Assembly (NCBI GenBank): GCA_951406725.2
Contig: OX597827.1
Coordinates: 20,956,001-21,020,000, forward strand
Length of the DNA stretch: 64,000 nt
Source: Octopus vulgaris
Lineage: Eukaryota
Reading direction: 5' to 3'
The translations under genes and the position numbers were made by a program. The notes under the pieces were generated by a model, which had not been told where the DNA came from, made no database searches, and saw only the letters and a list, made by a program, of their open reading frames with translations. This document shows positions 1-12,640 of the stretch, piece after piece (position 1 is the first letter of the stretch; every line of letters begins with the position of its first letter).

Positions 1-882
1 CCATGCTTCTTGCATCAGTTGGGCAGATCCTTTCTTCTGCTTCATCACATCATCACATCATCTGCTGCTGCCGCTGCTGCATTTTGTCATCTTCCATGAG
101 GTTCAGCATCCTGAGATCAGCTTCCACACACACACACGATTGACACAGTTGCTGTCTCCTAAAGTCTACTCACAGAACATTGGCCAATGTGATGTCAAGG
201 TGGTAGTAGACAGACGTACAAAGTGTTATGGGTTCAAATACAGAACTACTCACAAAATGAACTTTTTAACCACATGGACCATGGACTCATTTACCACACA
301 CATACACACACACACAGTTTCTCAGACAATTTTCTTCCCCAGGATGCTTTTAATAGCTGAAGTAGTGCAGAGAGACTCTTTCATACACTAGTATATACAA
401 CTTCTATATATATACATTATCTAGTGTATATAAGAGTGTATATGTAATCTTGTGTGTATAATGTATTGTGCAGCAGAACTTATATTACTTGTACGATGAT
501 GATGATGATGATATAAATAACTCAAACATTGAAATAAGTTTTCTGATGTTAGGAAGAAGTCTGCTATTTTGGACAGAACCCTTGGAGACAAAAGAATTGT
601 CGATTGGTTTTGAAGGATAAAGAAATTAGTGAGGAGCAGAAGGGGAGGAGGTGTTATTGTAGAAGGGGGCAACAGTGTCAGTGCAAGGGGGGAAGAATAT
701 AAGGGACGTGAACAGGTTTGAAAAATAACCAAGGGCAGCAAGTTGGTGATCACGCCCACACTCACACAATGATAACCCCTTCATACAGCTGCATGCACTT
801 ATTCAAGGGCTAAGCCCCCATTATTATGTGGCTAACAATAAACAGCCTGTTGATATTTCCTTTCTCTCTGTTTAAGAATTGA

Positions 883-1101
883 CCCTTTAGCATTCAGATT
901 ATTCTGTCAAATATTATATTTATTCATCTATATTGTTTTAAGCTAATCATGCATTATTTCGCAGCTTTAAGATTTCAATGATGTTATCACCTATTTTTAG
1001 ATTGACATTATAGGTTGGTGTGAGGTGCCAAATCTGGGCAGTTTTAACAGAAAACAGGTAGATTATTTGGGCCGGATATGGCCGGTTTAAACACTAAAGG
1101 G
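883..1101. mobile_element. Non-autonomous DNA transposon (piggyBac-like MITE)
   Basis: Terminal inverted repeats CCCTTTAG...CTAAAGGG with degenerate TTAA-like flanks; no ORF. Confidence 0.55.
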
Positions 1102-1397
1102 TTGTCTTCTTCCCAACATAAAACATATTCCACTCATTCAAATATTTCTCTTACCTTTCGCCAACACAAAGCATCGTTAGTGTCTTTGGGTCCAACTGTT
1201 TCCCTGTATGACTTCCAGGTTTGCTTGCTTGTTTGTTTGTTTATTTTATTTTATATTGCATATTGGGAGCAAGAACTTCAGTGGACAAGATTTCTGATGA
1301 TGAAAGTGACCAGGGAATGTCACCAGTTGTTTTGTTTCTTGTCAATGTTTATATCTTTTGTTGGTGTTCATTGCCAAAAGATACATAAGTGTGTGTG

Positions 1398-1720
1398 TAT
1401 CATCATCATTTAACGTCCGTTGTCCATGCTGGCATGGGTTGGATGATTTGACCAGGGCTGGCAAGCTGGAAGGCTGCAGCAGACTCCGGTCTGATTTGGC
1501 ATGGTTTTCTATGGCTGGATGCCCTTCCTAACACCAACAACTCCAAGAGTGTAATGGGTACTTTTATGTGCCACCAGCACGGGTGCCAATTTGCGTGGCA
1601 CCAATATCTGCCACGACTGCAATTTTGCTTGGCTTGATGGGTCTTCTCGAGCACAACAAAACGCCAAAGGTCTCGGTCATTGCCTCCGTGGGGCCCAACA
1701 TTCAAAAGGAACTCAGCCAC
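1398..1720 (-). mobile_element. V-domain-like SINE fragment
   Basis: GGCTGGATGCCCTTCCTAACACCAAC core and GGACGTTAAATGATGATG tail on minus strand. Confidence 0.6.
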
Positions 1721-1726
1721 TTAGCC

Positions 1727-1935
1727 TTCTTTCACTTGCTTCAAGCATTTGACTGTGGCCATATTGGAGCACTGCCCCTTGAGGGTTTTAGTCAAACAAA
1801 TTGACCCCAGGACTTATTCTTTTAAATCTAGTACTTATTCTATTGGTGTCTTTTGCCGAACCACTAAGTTATGGGAACATAAACATATCACGCCATCACC
1901 AGTTGTCACGTGGTGATGGGCTGATACACAAACAC
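1727..1935 (-). mobile_element. tRNA-SINE 3' half (abundant family with CR1-like tail)
   Basis: Matches copies at 24212, 25851, 28370, 36550, 51265, 57600 and 59308. Confidence 0.7.
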
Positions 1936-2297
1936 ATACATGTGTGTGTGTGTGTATATATATAATATAAATATATATACATACATATATATATATATAT
2001 TTTTTTATACATACATACATATATGTACATACACATGCATATATGGGCGCAGGACACCACAGAACATAAACAGCAGGAAATTAGTATATTTTTTTTCTTT
2101 ATCCATAGAGAAGAATAGACTAGAGAATTGAAGACGTGGAATACAATATGAAAACGTGGAATACAAAATTTTTTGCAAACAGCAAAAGAAAACAAAAAAC
2201 AAATGGAAAACAAGACAAGCAACATAAAAAAAACGATCCTTCATCAGTTGTCAGCTGTTTTTCTATTTCATATTTCAAGCAAAATATATATATATAT

Positions 2298-2620
2298 ATA
2301 ATTGCCAACCAAGTGTGGCATCCTATATGGGACAGTGCTACTGACATTTATAGCCCCAGGATAACATCTCTTCCAGCTGGCTAATGATACACATTGTGTG
2401 TCCGATTAGTAATTGTGAGGGGAGGTCATCGCTCCTATCTCTAGCCTTATGAGATACACACTGACTCGAGAGGCTAGGGATGGGAGAGATGACCTCCCTT
2501 CGCAAATTTTAATCGGACACAGAATGTGTGTCGTTAGCCAGCTGGAAGAGATGTCTTCCTGAGGCTATAAATGTCAGTAGCACTGTCCTGTACAGGATGC
2601 CACACTTAGTTGGCAATTAT
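2298..2620. repeat. Long imperfect palindrome (~150 bp arms), Penelope-like terminal repeat
   Basis: ATAATTGCCAACCAAGTGTGGCATCC... is mirrored by ...GGATGCCACACTTAGTTGGCAATTAT; between (TA)n tracts; homologous to 63520-63625. Confidence 0.8.
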
Positions 2621-2672
2621 GTTATGATTCTGTATTGCCACTGTTTATATCTTGCTTAGAAATTTAATATAG

Positions 2673-2724
<52 letters not shown>

Positions 2725-3149
2725 TATACATACATATATATACACATACATTCAGTTAAAAGTCTTTGTGAAAATTAATTCATACAGTTTTACTAAGAAT
2801 AAAAAAAGATTTTTTAAAAAAAGCTATAAGTTCTTTACGTCACCTTTTTTGGAAGAAGTTTCTTTCTCGTGTGTATGAGGACCTTTGATTATCTTTTCAA
2901 ACACAGACACACGCAATAGGCTTCCACATAGTTTCCACATCTAAGGTAGTGGTGGACCTGAGGCTCTGATCAAAGATATTTTGCCTAGGTTTGAACTCAA
3001 AACCAAATGGTAGTAATCAAACTTTCGGACCATTTAAATGCACCCAAGCCATCCCCAATCCATCTGAATTATGAGTCAAGGCAAGCAGTAGATCATCCGG
3101 ACATTTAGCCAGACATACTCAGTGTACTAAATAAAAAAAAAAACCAACA

Positions 3150-3480
3150 CACTGAGACTCTGTTGGTTACCATGACGAGGGTTCCAGTTGATCCGATCAA
3201 TGGAACAGCCTGCTTGTGACATTAATGTGCAAGTGGCTGAGCACTCCACAGACACGTGTGTACCCTTAATGTAGTTTGCAGGGAAAGTCAGCATGACACA
3301 GAGTGCGACAAGGCTGGCCCCTATGTATTATTTGTACAACCCGTTTTTACTAGCTCAGTGGCCTGGAGTAATGTGAAGTAAAGTGTCTTGCTCAAGGCTA
3401 CAATGCACTGATGGGTATTGAACTCATAACCTTAGGATAATGAACTAAATACCCTAACCATTAAAGCACTCATGTTCACC
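3150..3480 (-). mobile_element. tRNA-SINE (Deu-core-like family)
   Basis: GTGCAAGTGGCTGAGCACTCCACAGACACG core; opposite-strand relative at 35860-36070. Confidence 0.6.
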
Positions 3481-3523
3481 CAATTAATGGAATTGCATCT
3501 TCAATTACATACCTAATGAGCTA

Positions 3524-3665
3524 TAAGGTTGTCCCAAAAGTTCGTAGAAAGTCTTGGAAAATAATGTTCTTTATTTTGAGGAATAATTTTTGTTGTTTTT
3601 GTTAGTACTTGGCGAGTAAAAATTCAATTTTCGCAAGTGTTTACAAACTTTTGGGACAACCTAAT
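3524..3665. mobile_element. Tc1/mariner-type MITE
   Basis: TIRs AGGTTGTCCCAAAAGTT / AACTTTTGGGACAACCT with TA flanks. Confidence 0.65.
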
Positions 3666-3883
3666 ATTTTTTTTAAAGACACTACAGAATGATTTGGGAA
3701 AGATTTGGCTTCTATTTCTAGCAGGTTGAGAACTACATGTTGGCTTATTGAACCTAGCACCAGAATGGTAATTGTGTCAGTAGAAATGGATTTGTGGATT
3801 TGAACAGTTCTTCATTTTTATCACAAAGTCTGTGTGTCTTTGAGCTGAGTAAACCGACGAATATTTTTTTTTTCCCCTTTCAG

Positions 3884-3959
3884 GTTATAAAGATAACATC
3901 ACAATTGAAAATTACTGGAATGTTCTGAATTATGGACAACAATTCTTCTCATCAGACAC
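3884..3959 (+). CDS. Penultimate coding exon of unidentified membrane/GPI-anchored protein
   Basis: Polypyrimidine-CAG acceptor and GTAATT donor; 76 nt reading YKDNITIENYWNVLNYGQQFFSSD; splices in frame to 4532. Confidence 0.8.
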
Positions 3960-3998
3960 GTAATTAGAGATATTTGTTTGATTATTTTGGGACACAAT

Positions 3999-4470
3999 AT
4001 GGGGTGGGATGGGGTGGGGGCTGCAAGGTGGAGTTGCCGTGTGTGTGTGGGAGGGGGTAAGATGGAATGGGAATGTGTATGGGGAGGGTTGTAAGGTGGA
4101 GTGAGATTCTGTGTGGGGGGAGGGGGTAAGGTGGAGTGGGAATATGTATGGGGAGGGGGGTAAGGTGGAGTGAGACTGTGCGGGGAGGGGGTAAGGTGGA
4201 GTGGGAATATGTATGGGGAGGGTTGTAAGGTGGAGTGAGACTGGGGGTAAGGTGGAGTGGGAATGTGTATGGGGAGGGTTGTAAGGTGGAGTGAGATTGG
4301 GGGTAAGGTGGAGTGAGACTGTGTGAGGAGGGGGTAAGGTGGTGTGGGAATGTGTAGGGTGGAGTGAAGGTGTGTGTGTGTGTGGGGGGGTAAAATGGAG
4401 TGGGAGAGTGTGTGTGGGGTTAGATGGAGTGGGAATGTGTATGAAAGAGGGAGAGTGAGAATGTGTGAGG
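3999..4470 (+). repeat. G-rich intronic minisatellite
   Basis: Degenerate units of GGGGTAAGGTGGAGTG(GGAAT/AGACT). Confidence 0.85.
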
Positions 4471-4531
4471 ACTTTCACAATAATCATTAGATGATGATGA
4501 TGATGATGTCTTTCTTGTCTTTCTTTCGCAG

Positions 4532-4790
4532 TGATGGTGATTTCCATATGTTTGATTCCGGAACCTACTACAACGATCTCTTGTTCACCGATTCTGCTGT
4601 TCGATTGATGCAGCTTCCAGAAGAGAAGCAGAATTACAAGTCCTACCTTGGCCCCAATTTCATCAGCCAAATTGAGGCCCTCAAGCAGTACACATGTATG
4701 CCTATAGATGGCAGCCCCATCCAGCGACTCTCGCCTTTCCTCTTACTTGCAACTCTCTCTATTGTCTTTTTCTTCTCATCTGTCTTTTAG
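4532..4790 (+). CDS. Terminal coding exon of unidentified protein with hydrophobic C-terminal tail
   Basis: TTCTTTCGCAG acceptor; DGDFHMFDSGTYYNDLLFT...FLLLATLSIVFFFSSVF*; phase matches the 3884 exon. Confidence 0.8.
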
Positions 4791-4955
4791 CCCTAAACCC
4801 TCCCCTACTTCTCCCCCTTCACCCCATGTATATACATATATATATATATATATATTTCTTATATTTTACTAGTTACCTGTGTATATTTTCAAATTCTCAT
4901 AAATATTTTATAATCAAAGAATAACAAATTTTAAACCTTGTTTTTGACGTGTAAA

Positions 4956-4999
<44 letters not shown>

Positions 5000-5017
5000 A
5001 TCTGCTCATCTATCTCC

Positions 5018-5023
5018 AATAAA
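5018..5023 (+). promoter_or_regulatory. Probable polyadenylation signal
   Basis: AATAAA about 230 nt after the stop codon, followed by GT-rich sequence. Confidence 0.5.
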
Positions 5024-5193
5024 TGGTTGGTGTATTTTAAAAAAGATTCTACAGTTTAGAGTAGATTTTTGTTATATAAAATATATTTGAGTCCAGTTAG
5101 ATATGTGTTCATATATACATATACTGCATATGTATATATATATATATGTTTGTGTGTGTGTGTGTGTAAGTATAGATATGTATGTGTGGGTGG

Positions 5194-5230
<37 letters not shown>

Positions 5231-5259
5231 CATACACACACACACACATACATACACAT

Positions 5260-5375
5260 ACAGTAATCCCTCACCATATCATGGTTCACCTATCGCGGTT
5301 TATTGTTTAAGCTTACGTCGATTCTTCGGTGGTGGTCTTTTGCATTTATAGTAAAATAAATATATATAAATTAAA
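5260..5375 (+). mobile_element. Tigger/pogo-like MITE, partial
   Basis: TACAGTAATCCCTCACCATATC end; matches reverse complement of 10990-11082. Confidence 0.6.
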
Positions 5376-5380
5376 AGAAT

Positions 5381-5423
<43 letters not shown>

Positions 5424-5424
<1 letters not shown>

Positions 5425-5764
5425 GGGTAAAGACCCGCTTTGGTCATGAATGGTCATGGGATTGCACCTAGAAAATTCCCCTCCGAGGCACAAGTCCAGG
5501 CAAGGTTATTCATGGAAGATCAACAGTCACCCATGCATACCAGCCTTCCTTCTCCACACCACCGATGTTATCCAAGGGAAAGTAAAGGGGCCGATACAGC
5601 TTGGAACCAGTGACATTGCAACTCATTTCTACAGCTGAGTGAACAGAGCAACATGAAATAAAGTGTCTTGCTCAAGAACACAACACACAGCCTGGTCTGG
5701 GAATCGAACTCACTATCTCATGAGTGTGAACCCGATGCTCTACCCACTAAGCCATGCACCTTCA
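5424..5764 (-). mobile_element. tRNA-SINE
   Basis: B-box-like GAGTTCGATTCCC on minus strand; same family as 49220-49553 and 42955-43090. Confidence 0.75.
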
Positions 5765-6187
5765 CACACACACACACACACACATATGTATGTGTGTGTG
5801 TGTGTTGGTATATTTCTTACATAATTATGTATTATATCATGCCCTGATAATGTATGCACCAAGAACCCCATTGACAGACCCCTGATATCTTAAACACCTA
5901 TGCTATGCAAATTAATAGCGCTAGTTCTCTGACGGTCTTGGATTTGTTGAGTATTTAAATGGAGTGGCTGCTTGTTTCTCTGGGATTGGTCAAAATGATG
6001 TGGCCACCTCTGTTGAAAACCCAATAAGGTTTGAAAATCAATTAACACTGTTCATTTTTTTTTCAATTTATAGAGACATTTCTGTTTATATATCTACTAT
6101 ATGTTATACACACATATATGTATGCATATATATATGTATACATATGTATATATGTATGTATGTGTGTGTGTGTGTATATATATATAT

Positions 6188-6590
6188 AAACTTAGATGTT
6201 TCGACCAAAGATAGGTCCAGGCCATGTCTAACTTAATAGCACCACCTGATAGGATTATCTAAATCCTTTTTAAGTCAAGTTTTGTTTATGGTCCATTCAA
6301 GTAGTGAGTTCTTGTTGAGTGAGTTGTATCCAGGTATGGGTGGCTTATCTGGTTTTCTTTGAAGAAATCTGTCCAGACTCTGTTTAAAGGTGATGGGATC
6401 TTTTTCCTCTTTGATCTCTTTCGGGACAATGTTAAACAGGGCAAGGCCTGTTGAGGAAAAGAAATTGTGTCGCAGTGTACTTATATGATGTGATCCTGAA
6501 TTGGGCAGGAGATGTATGGCCCATGGTCCCAGCCTTAGATGAACCTTGAAACTAATGTTCAGGTCGTTTGGGCAATACCACAAGGGGCAG
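6188..6590 (-). mobile_element. CR1-type LINE 3' end
   Basis: GLALFNIVPKEIK...FKQSLDRFLQRKPDKP...NSL C-terminal motif, then a short tail. Confidence 0.75.
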
Positions 6591-6764
6591 CAGTATTCGA
6601 GGTGTTGGACTATTCTGATTTTCTATTATGAAAATATGAGTCTTTTTGTATGAAACAAATTGTATAGTAACATAAATAAAAATTATAATCGATTTTAACT
6701 TCTAATCTCCATTACATAAATATGAATATATATATATTTGTATGCTTGTGTGTATGTATGTATG

Positions 6765-6806
<42 letters not shown>

Positions 6807-6829
6807 TGTATACATATGTATATATAAGT

Positions 6830-7550
6830 ATGGTGGTTGTCTACTCCTTAGGCAGAGTTTGACCACCTCCTGTACCTATAACTTAGCATCATCATGACAT
6901 CTGATGTGGCTTTTTAAACCAGACAATGTTTTGAAAAGACACCCACACAGATTGCACATCTAATTTGGACCACCAAGAGCTGCAGATAAGTTCTGATCTT
7001 TGTGGATATTAAAATGTCTTTTGATGCTTTTGTTGGATTTGCAAACCATACACTGCATTCAAAGGTGTGCACAGACATATAGGCAGAATAGATGGTAGAG
7101 GTTCGTTTTCCATGGGTATGAAGATGAGATTTGAACCCAACAAAAGACGTGTATATATATATATATATATATATATATGCATATATATATATATGTATGC
7201 ATGTATATACAGGTATGCATGTGCACACGTGTGTTATCTCCTTTATGAGTTTCACCCCACAGAGGTTACTCGTTACCACTTCTTGCGATGGCTCCTCGGA
7301 TGCCCTCTTCTACAACTTTTGCTTGGATCATCTGCCATTTCTTTACCCTGCATTCACCATCGACATACATCACACGTCCATACAACAGTTATGTAATACA
7401 TGTGTGAAGTGTATCACTTCTGCACTTTTGATTCCCCTCACATTCTGGCCATTTAATGCCACTTTTTTTTTCATTTGATATGCAAGCAACACACAGGATC
7501 TCTTATCTCTGTTGTTACTATCCTGTTCTTATTGTGGCTACTATGCTTCA
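6830..7550 (-). mobile_element. Degenerate RTE-type LINE 3' fragments
   Basis: GFKSHLHTHG / CAIC zinc-finger remnants and an RTE-like tail; interrupted by (TA)n. Confidence 0.5.
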
Positions 7551-7669
7551 TATATATATATATATATATACATATATAGATTCAGATGAATATGGTACTT
7601 AAGTTAAAGGCGCCAGAATTTTGTAAGGTACTATCCATATAAATCAAATGGGGTGATTATAATCAAAAT

Positions 7670-7840
7670 AAGCAACAAAGATATCCAAGGTAGTGTAGTA
7701 CAATTGTTTCATGCTACTTCATTTTATTAAACACTGAAGATTGCTCAACATTTTAAAACTGATGTAATACTTACAGTGTTTAATAAAATGAAGTAGCATG
7801 AAACAATTGTACTACTCTACCTTGGATATCTTTGTTGCTT
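7670..7840. repeat. Hairpin, 67 bp arms, with vestigial hammerhead half-motif
   Basis: Arms 7670-7736 and 7774-7840 with 1 mismatch; contains GAAAC-AATT-GTA. Confidence 0.8.
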
Positions 7841-9859
7841 TGCCCTAGCATGGCCACGGCCTTCGGGCTAAAACATTTTTAAGGATATAGGTGCGTGGAT
7901 AACTGTGTGGTTCAATTCACCTCCTAATCATTTGCTTTCTGGTTCAGTCTCACTGTATGGCACCCAGTTCCAGACTAACAAAAGCCTTATAAATGGGTTT
8001 AGTTGACTGAATTTAGAAGATGCCTTTCGTATCATCTTGTGATGGTTGTAAACAAATGTCACTATCATACAAGCAGTGTCCTTCTCTACCTATTTTCTGT
8101 GGAAATGTTACCTGGCTTAGACACAGGTAAGTGTTGGTGTCACGAAGAGCCTACAGCAATAGAAAATCTGCCTCAATAAAACCTGTCCCATCCGAGTCTG
8201 GAAAACTGAAGAGAAAATCCAACACAAACAAGGATGTATGTGTGTGTGTGTGTGTATATATGTGTGTGTGTGTGTGTGCATCTTCTTCAATATTTCCGTC
8301 TGTTTATCCATGTTTGTTTGACTTAAATTGAACATGTATCTGCCATATTCCCCTCTCTTTTCACATTCTCTCCTTAATTTTACTTGGAGAAAAAAAAAAA
8401 TTAGGCAATGCTTTCTGCTCTTCCGTCATTTTCTCATAACCCCTTTGAATGTAATGTGACCACCACAATATAATGTATAACTTCATTTCAGGGATTGTAA
8501 AACCAAAGCTCAAAGGAATCCTGAGAAAAAAATTATTACATTGAGACATACAAAATCACACACACACACACACACATTTGTACATACCTCTACAATTTAC
8601 TTATACATTATTATTATTATTTTATTTTATATTTCATTTTTGTTATTAAAAACCAGACAAAATGTGTAAGAAATTTGTTATTTTCATAATAAAAATTCAT
8701 ATAATATAAATGCTTTTGTTGTTTAACCCTAGGACAGGTCTGAGTTGTCCTTTGATCAAAGAGAGAGTTGGGTGTCTGGTATTGATGATCAGTTGTGTCT
8801 GTCCCTTGTTAATACACCTAAGGCTCCCTAGTTTACTCTCTCTCTCTCTCTCTCTCTTGCAACTTTTGGACCATACCAAGAAACTAGCTGGACTCTTAGC
8901 ACCATTATTTGTAGTTTGTTCTGTTGTACTAGTTAGTGCCTATTTTCAGCCAGTAACAAGTCTGTTCGTCACAGACACACTGAAACTGTACTGAAAGGGA
9001 AGAAGTTGTCATCACTTTAACCATTGAGTTGACAAAAGCCATTTTTGTTCATTTATAGAATGAGAAAAAAATGAAAAAGAAAATTGCTGCAACATCATAA
9101 TTTATTTTCCATTTTTTTTTTTTTCAAATCTTACTTGTTTAAGTTAAATGACTTGATTCTGTCTTTTGTAATGATTTATAAGGCTGGTTTCTACTCAGCC
9201 TTTCCAGTAACTTACTGGGAGATAAGCGATGAATGCTGTGCAGGCTTCCCTACATTTTCCACCTGCAGGAAGGGATTATTGGTAATTTACCATGTTATAC
9301 AGTTTTGTTCATTTCTGACCTTTGACTGATTTAAAAAAAAAATTTTTTTTTATTTGTTGCCAAAAAGAGTGGGTGCAATAACAAAAGAACAAAGATTATC
9401 ATTTTCTAGAAAATCTTTGCATCGAGAGAACCAAATATGATCCCTGTTTTTTCAGAATTCTTTGAATCAATATTGGTCAGATATCAGACACCAGTTACAT
9501 TTGCTGAGGCATTCTGCAGCAGTTTGTCAGAATTAAATTCTTCCTTAAATAATTAGAAATTGTTAAATTTGTTCTTATTGCCACTAGAAAACAACCCACC
9601 ATGTCTTGACTCTGGTCTCCAAACATTTTGAATGGTTAAAGCAAACAAAATTGGGAAACCATAATTTAGAATGTCATTTCTCAGAAGGCTAAATTTGTAC
9701 TTGCTAAAGGACCCTGAAGGTTCAGTCTGTGACAATTTCTGTGGATTCTTGGAAATGAAATAATGGTAAAGGGTTTTACATTCTGTGCTGCAAACATTCC
9801 TGGCTGGAGAGAACAAGTAAAACTTTTAGTTATTTACATTGTTCCAGATGTAATGACAG

Positions 9860-10330
9860 ATTTTCATTGGTGCCTCAGCTTTTGACAGACATGGATTTTG
9901 TGGAACCATCTGCAACACAAATCTTGTCAACGTAAAAGGAAAACAAAAAGCAAGATGGATATGTTTAACCAATGAAAACTCAACGTTTGAAGGAATCTTG
10001 GCTTCAGCTTTGGTGCACGCAGTGTGTACACCTGTCTCAAAGTAGCTGTGGATCCATCACCAATTAATTGGTAGTGAAGTAATTAAGAGTGGAAATTTTC
10101 AAATATTTTCAACCATTCATATGCAAATATGACATTGTTTAAGGAATTTTTCTAATTTTGCTGGAATGAAATACACAAAGCTATAGAAATATAGCAAAAA
10201 CAGACTTTTCTCAATGCTGCTAACTGTTGGAAGAATTCTTTACATTTTTGTTGACTTGAAATCCTTGTTTTGTTTCCAAGAACACTGACCGGGATTGATA
10301 AAACAATTCTTTGACAAGGATTCAAGAGAA
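9860..10330 (+). pseudogene. Highly decayed hAT transposase remnant
   Basis: FSNFAGMKYTKL*KYSKNRLFSMLLTVGRIL resembles the hAT TRWLS region; many stops. Confidence 0.4.
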
Positions 10331-10880
10331 ATATATTGTCTGCACAACAAAGTGATTCCGGTCAAAGAGAAGGACAAACCAATGCAGCAGATAGGAAACT
10401 AGAAAGACGAAAACTGATTATGAACGAAAAACCTGCAAGTTTCTACCTCAAGGCACAAAGAACCTTCAGAAAAAAATGAGGAGAAAAATGGGGGAAAAAA
10501 ATTATGACAGAAGTCTTTCACTGTTGTACAGGTAATCAGAATGTTAAATTGCTTCTTATAAATACTGCTTTGGTACCAGCAATTCGACGTAGAGAACACC
10601 TCATCCTTAACAATCAATTCACTTGAGGCCATTAAAATTATCGAATGAAGGGAAATAATTCTTAATATAAGGGGAAGTAACTCTTGACAAAGCTGGTTTC
10701 TCCTAGTAAAACGGGTCTTGTTAAGACCTGTTTTGGCGAATTTTTATAAAGGCTTTCCAGAATATAGGCCGATAGGAATCAGCTAATTGGGAGAGACAGA
10801 AAGTGACAAGTAGGGGACAGAGAGAGGGAGGGAGGAGAAAGATGAGTTGAATCCATTATAGCAAAGTAGACCGATCGGAA

Positions 10881-11082
10881 TACAGTTAACCTCTTGACTA
10901 TCGCGGGTGTTACATTCCAACCAACTCTCACCCTCCGCGATAGCTGAAAATCAGCGAAGTAGAAACAGTATTGTACTGTATATATATTTTTTACAATTAG
11001 TATTTATTTATTTTATTATAAATGCAAAGCAACATCACTGATGAATCGACGTAAGCTTAAACCGCGATATGGTGAAGGATTA
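10881..11082. mobile_element. Tigger/pogo-like MITE
   Basis: Imperfect TIRs TACAGTTAACCTCTTGACTATCGCGG / CCGCGATATGGTGAAGGATTA. Confidence 0.6.
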
Positions 11083-11825
11083 GGTTTAGGGTACATTTTT
11101 GATGTCTAAGTCTTTGCAAAACTGGTTGCTGCCGCCCTTGTTGTTGTTGTTCAGATGTAGGTCAGCCTGACCAAGAAGACATTTGAAAACTACTAGTCCT
11201 GGCGTGAGAATTTCGATTTCATTTCACCTGACTCTATTCTCCAATACATTCCTTTTGAGGCGGCGATCCCAGTCGTGGATCAAACTATGTCTGCTTCGTG
11301 GTGGAATTTTACTATAAATTTAAGAAATTGTAATTCAAACTCACAAAAGCCTCAAATCCCAACCACATTTCTCTCCTTCTTAAGTCTTGAACTATCTCGA
11401 TAGACAGCAGTTAATCAAAGCTAATGCGTAACTTTATAACTTTTTGCGAACCACTAAGATTCCGTTCGCGACTCATAGTTTGGGAACCACTGGTATAGAG
11501 AGTCTATTAATAGGTCGGCCAACACCCGAAACAGAATGCTAATTCAGAGGCAACATCACTGGATGCAAATAATTTGATTTTCACGGCCAATGTGGGGTAC
11601 TTAAGCTTGAAATTGTACAAGTAGTTAGGAAAGGACGACAGTAGACTAACACACGCACCGGGTCCCCATACACACAACATATAAATGTGTATGTGTATAT
11701 GTGCCTATAGATTGTTGTTGAAAAATCCGTACAACATAAAAATTAGCTCTCGTATCTTTGCCAATGGAGTGGGTGTATTAAAGTAATTAACAAAGTACAC
11801 GGTTTTAGAGATACATTCCAGACGA

Positions 11826-11899
11826 TCTTACCGACCGGTTTCACGCGAAATATTAGATTCCTCGATGGTTATCTTAACACACGAGCTCTTTAGGGGAGA
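11826..11899 (-). ncRNA. Degenerate hammerhead ribozyme
   Basis: Minus strand CUAAAGA (mutated core)...GAAAC-CG-GUC with palindromic stem III ACCGGU. Confidence 0.4.
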
Positions 11900-12079
11900 A
11901 AAAGCAGGTACGGAAAAGTATGGCAAATGCTTTGTGTTTCTCGAGGCGAGGAATTGCGATGTCCGGCTTATGAGTGTTATAATAAAACTGTAGCGAAGTA
12001 ACAGGAGACATGAGAATTAGATACCAGCAGTTATGTCCCTTGCCCTTTCATAGAAACTTTGTAAGGGTTTCCTTAGTAT

Positions 12080-12640
12080 AGAGAGTCTATTAATAGGTCG
12101 GCCCACACCTGACGCAGAATGCGAATGCAGAGGCAACACCACACCGCCTCTTAGCAGCTTCAGCAACACAGAAGCAGCTGTATATGAGGAGGGGTGACGA
12201 CAAATGATTCCAACGTTTAATCGAATATGCAAATAAATGCCGGCACTGCGGAAGAACCTTTCAGAAATAGATTTAACAACCAAAAGTCCTACATTAATAT
12301 TCAGGAGAGACGCAATGTTACAGACACACTCACAAGTCCTGTTGTACAAGATCTCTCTTATTTCGACTTTCCTAATAATGTCCGTTTTGTTCGAAATCCC
12401 ATGTCCGACGTTACGCCAGATAACAAACTTGCACATGCGTCTTTATTTTTGTAAGCGTTCCCACCGTGACTGTTTCTTTTTTCTAAAGCATTCATTTGCA
12501 GGTCTTTGCTTCAATTTAAAACAAGACACTTGAAAGGAAAAAGAGACAAAAAAAAAACACGAGGGCGATCTCAGAATCATGGAAGCCCTCCTTATCAACA
12601 AACTGAGGCCAACTGTAAACGACAGTATAGAACTACATGA
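12080..12640 (+). pseudogene. Penelope-like GIY-YIG endonuclease remnants
   Basis: CECRGNTTPPL...AAVYE, AGTAEEPFRNRFNNQKS and DLRIMEALLINKLRPTVN. Confidence 0.55.

Noticed and set aside
1160-1225. Possible upstream exon of the + strand gene ending CAG|GTTTGC
   Set aside because: The phase needed to join the 3884 exon contains a stop codon.
2043-2282. CUGAUGA on minus strand in a PLE-like repeat (similar case at 22124)
   Set aside because: No correctly placed GAAAC or pairing stems, so not called a ribozyme.
3930-4670. 246 aa Pro/His-rich ORF on minus strand
   Set aside because: Translation of the minisatellite, antisense to real exons.
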